In this document: piece by piece, positions 46,280 through 57,383 of the stretch
How the letters are laid out: each line of letters opens with the position of its first letter
Position numbering within the stretch: the stretch's first letter is position 1
Source of the DNA: Convolutriloba macropyga
Taxonomy: Eukaryota
DNA: 64,000 bases
Direction: 5' to 3'
Assembly (NCBI RefSeq): GCF_964194025.1
Contig: NC_134472.1
Coordinates: 62,434,001 to 62,498,000, forward strand
Notes under the pieces: generated by a model
What the model was told of the DNA's origin: nothing
Databases searched by the model: none
Seen by the model: only the letters and a program-made list of their open reading frames with translations
Translations under genes and position numbers: made by a program

Positions 46280-48250
46280 TTTAAATTTGGGGTGAAAAAC
46301 TTTGGAAGTGTACCCAGAAGTCTGATATACTACAACTAGTGAATATACACAAAGATTATTCACATCACCAACCTGTTGTTTCAAAACCTGGCAGCAGTTA
46401 TGAAAACTTGAACAGATTTCTGGAACCGTTTTTCCAGAAACTACCGGGCGCAAACTTAGAAACTAAAATGCAAGACGCCAAAAAACCCTTATAGTCATTC
46501 TCTCTAAGGACAAAGGACAGATAGTATTCCTTGATGTAAAACGTCTGTACACCAACATGCCGGTCGGAGAGGCTACAGAAGCTGCTCCAAGAGAAATCTG
46601 CTCAAACAACCTAGGTCCAGAGATCCCAAGTTTCGAAATGAAATTTTTTTAAGGCTAGCGGTGAAAAATGACCATTTTAAACGCAACGCGATCTGGTATT
46701 TACAATCAGATGATCTAGCTATTGCTGCACTACCGGCTGTAAAACTGGCAAACGCGCAGATGAAATCGTTTGAGGCACCACCGCACAGACCAAACCTCAG
46801 TGACAGTACCTCTTAATCTGATCAAAACGATAACTACAGAAACTGCAACGGGAGAGTGGTTTTTGGGGTAGAAAGTGAAGCATGTTAAAACTGGTTTCAT
46901 GCAGAATGCCAGAAAACGTCAAAAAAGAAATGCCCCAACACGCAGGATTTTGTTCGGATTTGTACGTATTGCAGCAATCAACAGGCAGAGGGGCAGGTTG
47001 AGGGAAAAATTATTCAAAAGGTATACGGATGGCGTTATCTTCACAGTTCGTGGTCACCCGGACAAAAACATAAAATTCGCGAAATCAATACATAAAAACC
47101 TGCAATTTAATTTAGAGAAACTGAACATGGAAGTGACTTCGGCTTTAAAAAATGTGATTCGAGGGACGTTTCAGGGGGTTTAACGCAACATCTGATTGGT
47201 TGGCCTACAAGCCGTTAGAAAGAACAAGACAAGCTGGGGCAAAAATCACTATCGAGGTGAATGATCTTCAAAAATTGTCAAGCAGATTTCAGAAAATATC
47301 ATAATTGGCATTAAAAGAGCATATAAAACAAGACTAGACCTCATGATAAACCAACAGTTAATCTATAATGCAGAGACAACACTAAACAAAAAATTTTGCA
47401 AGCAAACTGCAGACTCTATGTGAACTGCATGTGGTATTCAAAACGCGAAAACTAAGATCATGCTTCCCATCCTAAAACCATTTTTCGACAGGAACCTAAA
47501 ATCCTAAGTTGCACATGAGATTGAATATAATGGAAGCAGATCCATCTATATTGGGCAGACAAGCCGGCGTGTTACCATCAGAATATCAGAACATCAAGAG
47601 AAGGATTCACAGATGGGTCAGCATCCTGTTGAATGTTGTGGCTTTATGAATTACATTGAATGGAAAAATCACGATGCCTGTAGCACAATAGAGAAACTCA
47701 TGATCATCGAAAAATTATACATAAGCAAGTTAAAACCGGTTCTAAACGTACGAGATGAATATAGGGGATAGGAACTTTCGCTAATGGGTTAGTTTAAATT
47801 ATAAATTTGACATGAGAAAAGAAAAACAGGGCTTAAAGTATTTTGTGGATTTGAATCGAAAATTGCAAAACACTCACAAAAAGGGATAATTAGGGTTAGG
47901 GCAAATTCGTGATTATCCTAGCATTGCAAAAACTTGGCCAATCAAAAAATCTGGAGTGAGAACTGTTTTAAAGAGAATGAGAACAGAAGTAAATATGAAG
48001 TTGTAAACAGTCTAAATATTTTATATAGGGAAATTACTCACTTTAAGTTTTAAGATATATCTGCGGAATGTTTACATTGTGGTCCCAGAAAATTGTACAT
48101 ACAAATTCATTTTAACTTTTAACAGTTCGTGGAACAGTTTTAACTTGACGATGAACGTAAAGTTCGAAAACACTTGTTTTAATTATCAGATTTTGTTGTA
48201 TTTGTCAAATTAGTTTTTTCTATACATTAATTAATAAACAAAGAAGCATG
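46280..48250 (+). mobile_element. Penelope-like element, decayed (RT with internal PHD remnant, then GIY-YIG)
   Basis: PGSSYENLNRFLEPFFQKLPGAN, LDVKRLYTNMP, WYLQSDDLAI..LANAQMKSFE, PHD remnant, LFKRYTDG, IHKNLQFNLE, SIYIGQTSR, LNVRDEYRG. Confidence 0.82.
48137..48185 (+). ncRNA. Minimal hammerhead ribozyme-like motif in the PLE 3' region
   Basis: C-TTGACGA-T-GAAC(GTAAA)GTTC-GAAA-AC(ACTT)GT-T: CUGAnGA-like box, 4-bp stem II, GAAA box, short stem III. Confidence 0.6.
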
Positions 48251-48867
48251 AAAAGATTTAATGACTCAAATTTTTGCACAAAGTTTTTGTCGAATAGAAG
48301 GTAAACACAACAGATTCACAGCAAAAGTCATTGACCTAAGCTTAATGTCTAGTAAAATTAGTTAAACATGTCGGATGTAGTCAAAAATACTAAGAAAACA
48401 GATTAAGAGGCGAGAGAAAAAGAGGCGACTGAAATAGAGGCGATTGATTAATATACCTAAAGAATTTATCAGTCGACAACTTTAAAATTTATAGGTTGGC
48501 TTTAAAATTTTTCTCTGAAAATGTAGAAAAACACTCTTTCACAGTACAATAATAGAAACTGCTTTGATTATTTCTTAAAGAACGCGTTATAAATGTAAAA
48601 ATTTTGATGGCATAACTGTATAGTAACCAGCTTGTTTTTAAACAGAGATTCGAGCAAAATTTCATCTTTTGTTCTCCTCAAATTATATATGGATCGACTG
48701 AAAATCTTTAGAAAGGTATAATTGCTGTAAAATTTGGAAAAAACAACAATCGCTTAACAAAAACTTGAGAAGACGGAAACCGAAGAGAAAAATTTAACAA
48801 ATGGTTTCCACATCTTGTAAACGGTCCGTAACCGTTTAGCCCCCCAATCCTTCCCCTTGTTATTTAG

Positions 48868-49865
48868 TTCAAATTTACTGCCTCAAAAGTTTCCGCTGAA
48901 GTGAGTTTTATGCATCAATTTGACATGATTTAAGGAGTATTCATTCACCCTCCGCGGCCAACGAAGAAGAAGAATCATTGTCAGTTTCAAACACCTTGCC
49001 CAATCTCACTGCGGGACGTTGCCCACCCAGGAGCGCCAAAATTTTTTGCTCTTCACATCTATTGTCATCTCGGTCTCACAGAAGCCTGCTAGTTCTGCTC
49101 CCAGTGTAGCTGCTTCGAGCTCCAATTTGGGAATGCTCATCTGTTTGATTGGTGCCACCTTGGACTTGCTGATGACGTAGTGGGTAGCTATTGAGCCGTC
49201 AGCGGAGATTGTCCTCAGGTACACCACTGCTGATACTGCTGACATTGAAGCGTCTGTGAAGGTGTGCAACTCCTGAGTTCCATCGACGTTTGGAACTAGT
49301 CATCTGGTGATTTGAATTGAAGGCATATTCTCGAAGTCTTCCATCCATTGCTGAATTTCGTCGTAATGTTCCTTTGATAGTAGCTGTTCCCAATTGTGTC
49401 CTTGTTTGACGACTTTTTGCAAGATGCATCTCAGTCGAATTGCAAAAGGCGAGATTATTCCAATGGGATCAAACAAAGAAGCAGCCATTGAGAGAAGCTT
49501 TCTCTGTGTGATATTCTCTCTTTCATAGCTCAGTTTCGGTTTCGCAAAAAGAAGTTGATCGGACTCAGGGTTCCATGTTTGACCAAGTATCCTTTGTAAC
49601 TTTAGAACTCCAGTTCTGTCTTCCTCTGGAATCTTTTCCAGCACAGCAGGGTTATTGCTGAGAAACTTGGTGAGGTTGAATCCCCCTGTTTTGAGAACAT
49701 GTTTCAGCTCAGTCGCTGTATTTGCTGCCTCTTCCTCTGTTGAGAATGTTTGAATGAAGTCATCCATGTAGAATTGTTTTGTGATTGAGTCAAAGATTTT
49801 TGGGTGTTCTTGTCTGTTATCGTAGGCGCACTTTTGCAGAACAAAAAATTGCGCAGGCAGGAGAA
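48868..49865 (-). repeat. Inverted duplicates of BEL pol (48868-49022 of ~54532-54687; 49036-49865 of 51964-52790)
   Basis: Minus-strand ORFs repeat the plus-strand RT/RNase H peptides almost exactly. Confidence 0.93.
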
Positions 49866-52800
49866 TCGGACCTGAAGGCTTTTGAATCGGACCTGAAGGC
49901 TTCTGCGGTAGTTAAAGTTGCCAAGGAGAAGTTGACAACACCAATGACGATTCGCTGGAATCAACATGTAAGGAGCATGAGAATAGAGCAGCCAAATCTG
50001 GCTGACTTTGCAGATTGGATAAGCATATATGCAGAGGCTTGCGAGGATGTCTCTCCACAAAGACCACAAAAGACAGACTGGGTTGAACGGCCCTTCCAAG
50101 GCCAGAAACACTCCAACATAGTTCTTCAAGCCAGCTCAAATTGTCAACTATGCTCTGGGGATCACAACCTTGGTCGCTGCAAAGAATACCTGAGCAAGTC
50201 TGTAGCTGACCGTCAGCAATTGGTGAGGCATCACAACTTGTGTGTCAATTGCTTGAAGAGACATGAGGGTGGATTTTGTAAATCAAAGATTAGATGTCTT
50301 GTAGACAGATGCAATGGGTTTCATCATTCAACTCTCCATCGAGACGACTTCAGGACTTTGCAGAGAAGTGATTTCCAAGCAGCGAGTAAAGGGGGATTTC
50401 AATCCAGGAACAACCCGGTGCAGTCAAACTACGGTAGAAACTTCAACCATACAAAGTCTCAGATTTCGTCAACAACCAGTAACACGCCAAATACCAACAA
50501 CAGAAGGGGATACAATCAAAACAGTTTCAACCCTCGTAATCCAAGCTATGGAAACAACAACTCGCATCAAACTGCCAATCAGCAGCACATCAATCCCCAG
50601 CAAACTAATGACAGAAGTAACACTCACTTTCAATCAGTGACTAGCAACGAACTGAATGATGATTCATCAAAACTTCCACGGGTGCAAAACCGCACTTGTA
50701 GCAGAAATCGGGAACCCACATGGGTCAGAGCTTTTATTCAACTACAGGCTATACCAGTCACGCTCTTCTACAAAGACTTCAACATAGAGACCTATGCACT
50801 TTTAGACAGTGGAAGTGATAATACACAGATCACACAAAACATTGCTGATGCTCTTCGGATTAGAGTCCCCAAAGATATAGAACTTCCTCTAGCTTCGCTA
50901 CATGGGGAGCACACAGTGACAACAGCTGATGTCATGATTGGAATTGGTTCACTTCACAGCTCAAAACCGGTGACAAGTCTTCCTGTGTACGCAACCTCCA
51001 ATGAGCAGTTCCAGATGCCAATTGTCCCCGCAGAAATGTTGAATAGACTTTGTAGAGACCATGATCATTTGGCAGAAATCAACTTCCCACAAATTCGTGA
51101 CAACAAAATTGGAATACTCATAGGGGCAGATGCTTTTCTGGCTACTGTTCCAAGACAATTCACTACCGGCAAACCAGGAACACCCTACGGAGTCAACACA
51201 CTGTTAGGATGGACTTTGACAGGCCCTGTGCCACAAGAGTACTTTCAACCAAACCATAAAGGAAGCAGCAACCACAACATCACTCTTTTCAACCATCTCA
51301 AGCGAGGTAGTGACGACCCGGACGAAAATCTTCTACATCTTTTTGGACCTTTGAAGGTGTCAACTTTAGTCAGGGTTCTATGAAGGGACACAATGAAGAA
51401 GACCAGAAGGCAATAAAGACTTTGGAAGAGACCACACATCACAACGGGGAAAGATATGAGATTGGACTCCCTTGGCGAGAAAACGTCACGCTACCCAACA
51501 ACTACTTCATGGCACGGGTTCAGTGGCACGCCCTGCAGAAGCGATTAGAGAGAGACAACCAACTGAAACACAGATATATGACCACTATCTTTGATGATAT
51601 GGATAAGGGATACATAGCGGCTGTTACGAACCAGGATGCAAAGAACATTTGGTACCTACCGCATCATCCCGTCATCAACAAGCAAAAACCAGACAAGATA
51701 AGACGAGTGACAAATGCAGCCTCAAAATACAAAGGGGTTTCTTTGAACGATGCTCTGCTAACGGGACCGGACCTTTTGTGCAATCTACATGGACTTCTTC
51801 TACGGTTTCGTCAGTACAAGGTTGCAGTAACAGCAGACATAGAGGCTATGTTCATGCAAGTTGGAATCAGAGAAGAAGACCAAGATGCTCTCCGTTTTTT
51901 GTGGAGCGACAATGATCAGGAGAGGACATCCAAATACCAACGACTCATTTTTGGAGCAACATGTTCTCCTGCCTGCGCAATTTTTGTTCTGCAAAAGTGC
52001 GCCAACGATAACAGACAAGAACACCCAAAAATCTTTGACTCAATCACAAAACAATTCTACATGGATGACTTCATTCAAACATTCTCAACAGAGGAAGAGG
52101 CAGCAAATACAGCGACAGAGCTGAAACATGTTCTCAAAACAGGGGGATTCAACCTCACCAAGTTTCTCAGCAATAACCCTGCTGTGCTGGAAAAGATTCC
52201 AGAGGAAGACAGAATTGGAGTTCTAAAGTTACAAAGGATACTTGGTCAAACATGGAACCCTGAGTCCGATCAACTTCTTTTGCGAAACCCAAACTGAGCT
52301 ATGAAAGAGAGAATATCACACAGAGAAAGCTTCTCTCAATGGCTGCTTCTTTGTTTGATCCCATTGGAATAATCTCGCCTTTTGCAATTCGACTGAGATG
52401 CATCTTGCAAAAAGTCGTCAAACAAGGACACAATTGGGACCAGCTACTATCAAAGGAACATTACGACGAAATTCAGCAATGGATGGAAGACTTCGAGAAT
52501 ATGCCTTCAATTCAAATCCCCAGTTGTCTAGTTCCCAACGTCGATGGAACTCACGAGTTGCACACCTTCACAGACGCTTCACTTTCAGCAGTATCAGCAG
52601 TTGTGTACCTGAGGACAATCTCCGCTGACGGCTCAATAGCTACCCACTACGTCATCAGCAAGTCCAAGGTGGCACCAATCAAACAGATGAGCATTCCCAA
52701 ATTGGAGCTCGAAGCAGCTACACTGGGAGCAGAACTAGCAGGCTTCTGTGAGACCGAGATGACAATAGATGTGAAGAGCAAAAAATTTTGGACCGACAGC

Positions 52801-54614
52801 ACAGCAGTACTCAGCTGGATCAAATCAAAGGATCGACAGAAGATGTACATCGCAAATAGGCTCAACAAAATTGCTGAGAACTCAAACAAAGACGACTGGC
52901 AACACGTACCAGGTAAAATGAACCCGGCTGATCATGGTACCAGAGGTCTAGCTCCATGCGATCTTCAAAAATTGTGGATAACAGCACCTTCTTTCTTGAT
53001 CAAACCTGAGAGCGAGTGGACATTCTCCGATGACAAAACAGCTCAAACAAACGCCACTCAAGTTGATGTCAAGACCAGTGAAAAACCGTTGGTAGATCCA
53101 AACAGATTTTCAAATTGGCCTAGACTCCTTGGCACAATTAGCACAGTGTTTCGAGCAGTGCGCGTACTGAAGAGGTTGATCAAACGCGACATACCTTGCG
53201 ACTTGGACGACTTCGCGGCTGACGAAAACAAGGCTCGGAGCTTTCTCTTGAGGATATCTCAGTCCACACACTTCAAGGACACAGTTTCTCGACTTCAAAG
53301 TGGACTACCCCTAGACAAGAAGGACATTTATTACCATATACACCCTTTCTGGATAGCGACGGACTACTTAGGGTTGAGGGACGAATCCAAAAATCTGGAT
53401 TGCCTTTTCAGAGCAAACATCCGGTGATACTCCACAGCAAGTGCAGAGTTGCCAAACTGCTTATTGAGAAAGCACATCACGACTGCGGGCATCATGGAAT
53501 TGAACATGTTCGTGCACTTATCCAAGCAACTTTCATGATAGTTGGAATCCGCAGAGCTCTAAGAACTTTAAGGAAGTACTGCTTCATCTGCAGACGCTGG
53601 CGAGCAGACAATGTCAGACCGAAGATGGCTCCTCTACCAAAATTTCGCATTCCGGAGCACTCCAAACTCTACCCATTTGTGAATACTGGAATGGACATGT
53701 TCGGTCCCTTTAACATTGAAAAATCCAGAACCCAGACAGAACTCAATTATGTCTGCATGTTTACATGCTTTGTCACACGAGCAGTACACTTGGAAGTTTG
53801 TGAGGACCTCTCTACTGACTGTCTACTAATGGCTATTCGACGTTTTGTATCCAGACGAGGATACCCTGATGTCATTGTTTCGGACAACGGGAAAAACTTT
53901 GTTGGAGCTAACCAGGCAATGAAACTCAATTTTCAGGAAAACTACAAACCAGACAACAATTACATACGTCTCCAGCTGGCCCAACAGAACATCCAGTGGA
54001 CGTTCAACCCACCTCTGGCACTGCACTTCGGAGGGGTTTGGGAACGACTTATCCAGTCGGCTAAACGAAGCCTACTTGTTGTCCTCGGAAGCCGCCGACT
54101 AAACTTTTCAGTCTTCCATACAGTCGTAGCGGAGGCAGAAGGAATTCTTAATTCACGCCCACTGACGCATGTTGGGAGCACTTTGACTGACGAGGAACCA
54201 TTAACACCAAATCATTTCCTGATGAAAAGACGACACTTCTGCCTAAAACCTCTGGCAAACAACAGAACCCGGTTTTCAATTAAGGACTTCAAGGAGTCAC
54301 AGACCCTTTTGGACCACTATTGGTCTCGTCTTCTCAAAGAATTTGTACCGGAACTTAACAGACGGACAAAATGGCAGCAGGCCAACGCTGAGCTCAAGGA
54401 AGACGATGTTGTTTGGCTCTACAAAGATTTTACACCCCGAGGAATTTGGCCCATTGGTCGGATAGTCAAAGCACATGTGAGTAGAGATGGAGTGGCAAGA
54501 AGCTTCGACATCAAGACCAGTACTGGCATGGTGCAACGTCCCGCAGTGAGATTGAGCAAGGTGTTTGAAATTGACAATGATTCTTCTTCTTCGTTGGCCG
54601 CGGAGGGTGAATGA
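49866..54614 (+). pseudogene. BEL gag(3' part)-PR-RT-RH-IN, frameshifted
   Basis: ORF track segments 49785-51383, 51380-52297, 52339-53427 and 53400-54614. Confidence 0.92.
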
Positions 54615-54757
54615 ATACTCCTTCAATCATGTCAAATTGATGCATAAAACTCACTTAAGCGGAAACTTTTGAGGCAGTAAATTTGAATTTCTGATGTCAA
54701 TTATTTTGTTCTTTTCTGATAAATTTATTTGCTAAGTTTTGTTGTTGCTTGCCGGAG

Positions 54758-55084
54758 TGTAAACGGTCCGTAACCGTTTAGCCCCCCAATCCTTCCCCTT
54801 GTTATTTAGTTCAAATTTGCTGAGTTCATATTCATAATCGCTGTAAAAGTCATATCTTTAACTTTGATTTTTCATGACTTTCAATGCCAAACCTTTTTAT
54901 TCATTATCATACATGAGTTGCATCGTGCCACACTTAACTTTGATAGTAAATGCGGGTATAAACCACACCTTTGTAAGCTAATATTTAACAAGCATACAAG
55001 CTTATAGAATAACATACAGCAAAATAAACTCTTGAAAACCAGTCGTTGTCTCTGAAAGCGGATCAGACTAAAGAAAAGATAACA
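54758..55084 (+). repeat. BEL 3' LTR (327 bp); only the first ~60 bp of the 5' LTR remain, at 48816-48876
   Basis: TGTAAACGGTCCGTAACCGTTTAGCCCC at both ends; AATAAA at ~55023; ends AACA followed by the TSD. Confidence 0.9.
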
Positions 55085-55149
55085 CATCTCTTCAAAAACA
55101 GCTAACTTAGTATGTAATTTTGCATTTGAAGCAACCTAAAGGCTTGCGC

Positions 55150-56300
55150 GCAATATCATTAACATATAATTTCTCTAGGTTCTTCCAAAGGCTTTTCTTT
55201 GCCAAAAAAGTGTCTCTCAAACAAAAACGACCTTACTAAACAACAATTCAGAAAAATCTGAATGATATTATGAAGTACAGGCCTGATTTTGAGTATAGTC
55301 GCATGACTACAAGGGACTTATGCAATGCATTTGATGCAGTTTACCAGTCCTCAATTACCAGCGGTTTGGCAAAAAAATCAAACCACAGTGGACATTCAAA
55401 TTCTCAACGTATTAAAATTTTTTGGAAATACTTTAGAATATTCAAAAATGTTTTATCAAGGTCGGAGCTAACTAACTTGGGAGTCTCCGAGGCGCTCTTT
55501 GGGTTCACACATGTTCAAAAATCAAATTCGCACATACTGGATGATGTGATATTTATATTTGAGTATGGTGTCACTACATATACTGACAAATCCCCAGCTG
55601 AGTAAGCAGTCATAATAGAGCCGATCAAGTTGTGAGTTATCTCTGTGAGGAGTTTTTAAACATTAATGTGATGCTCAACGAAACCAAAACAATAGAACTA
55701 ATTATCAGTTTTACCAGGAAATGAGATCCATGCATATTAGCAAAAATTGAAAGAGTTAAAGAAGTCAGAATACATGGTGTTAAATTCAATGAGAATCTAA
55801 AATTCAAGTCATATCAATTCGGTGAAACAACGAATTACGAGTCGTAAATATCTTTCATTACGCCTAAAAGGACTAGGATATTGCAAAATTGAAATTTTGT
55901 GTTTCTATCAAAGTAAACTTACACGTATCATGACTTATTGTTCTGGTGTTTGGGGTGGTGCTGCCAACTATCTCCTCGACAATTTGAATGGTTTTCAGCT
56001 TAAGACAGCTAAAATTGGCATAATTGACGATTTCAATCGTATCGGGCAACATATCAAGGAGTGTGATCACAGTTTTGACGAAATTAATGACATTGGTACA
56101 GCCCATCCACTACTCTTGTTTGTTTCAAAACGATCTGTTTGCGCTTTTAAACTGTGTCCAAAACTTCTGTCGGTATAGAAAGCAAAAACCAAAATTGAAT
56201 TTTCAATTTTTCCAATCAGGTTCCTCAAAAAGTCTAATTTGGGCTATAAATATGCTATTAAAAAGAAAGCGTTTATTCATTTTCTAATAAAAGCTTTTCC
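55150..56300 (+). mobile_element. Very decayed LINE RT fragment
   Basis: DLCNAFDAV, ILDD, LNETKT.EL, GVKFNENL and YCSGVWG remnants. Confidence 0.55.
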
Positions 56301-57383
56301 TTCTTTTTTGTTTCTTTTTTTCTATTAAGGGTATATTTCTACCATTGATTACCATAGCAGTCATCGGCAACACGAAGCCTTCATCTTTAATTACCGTATC
56401 TCCGTCATAACATAAGACCACAAAGATTCAAACAATTTACCTTCAAATCTGTTTTCGTTACCGTGAAAAAAAGAACCATTGCCCAATCTTAGCTCCCATA
56501 TAGACATCAACTTAAAGCGTTGGTTGAGGACAGTGACAAAATCTTGTCACAGTTTTCCAAGTTAAAGGCCATATTTGTTTCCCTGACTGTCACTTTTGTC
56601 CTATATGAAAATATCTAGTTTGCATGATAATTAGTACTGTGTGAAGAATCAGACAGTGTTAGAAGAAAGCCTGCCTATTGAAAAATTTGAGAATTGGCTC
56701 TCGAAATACCCATTCTGGATTAGGAATCAAAAACATAACCGACTAAAGTCGGTCGAATTGCTCTCAAACAACCGGCGTGCGGTTGGCTTCGTCACTAGCT
56801 AGCCACGGTTTAGTGAGGATAGCTTTAACTCGATCAGACTCTGCAACTTTTAGTTCTTCCAGACTTGTTAACAAATAAATCAAATGAAAAACTGATATTT
56901 TAAAAATTTTCAAAATAATTTTTTTTCAAAATATTTTAAAAATTTTAAAAAAATTTTTTCTGTGGAGTTATGTCATGTAACCCATCTGCAAGAGTTGAAA
57001 AGCTTCGTTGGCCATTAATGATTGTTAGACGCAGAAAAGGACAAAAATTTTCAAAAAAATTAAAATTTTCAAAATATTAAAAATTCTAGATATTAATTCA
57101 AGATATTAAAATCTAGCTACAACTCAAAATATTGAAATCCTCAAAATTGTTTCATTGTCTCAAAAGACTATTCAAAATTCCTATTTAAACAGTTTCAAAT
57201 AGTTTCACTGGCTCATAAAGATCCAGAACTTTGAACATGATAAAAATTTTCCGAAAACTTTTATCATAATAATTAAGTTTTATCAAAAAATTGCTAAAGC
57301 TGTAGTCATTAAAATTTTGATAACCATTCTTTTAACACTAGCAACTATGTGGCAGCTTATCATCAAACCTTGGAGTAGGTCCC

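Larger units (their letters stand above)
48816..55084 (+). mobile_element. BEL/Pao LTR retrotransposon with a rearranged 5' part
   Basis: TG...CA termini, perfect TSD CATCT (48811-48815 and 55085-55089), three CCHC boxes, ALLDSGS, FYMDDF, FTDAS, IPKLELEAA, RAVHLE, SDNGKNF, FGGVWERLI. Confidence 0.95.

Noticed and set aside
49785-49865. N-terminus of the 532-aa BEL gag ORF
   Set aside because: Chimeric: these codons are antisense RT sequence from the inverted arm, and the true gag start is deleted.
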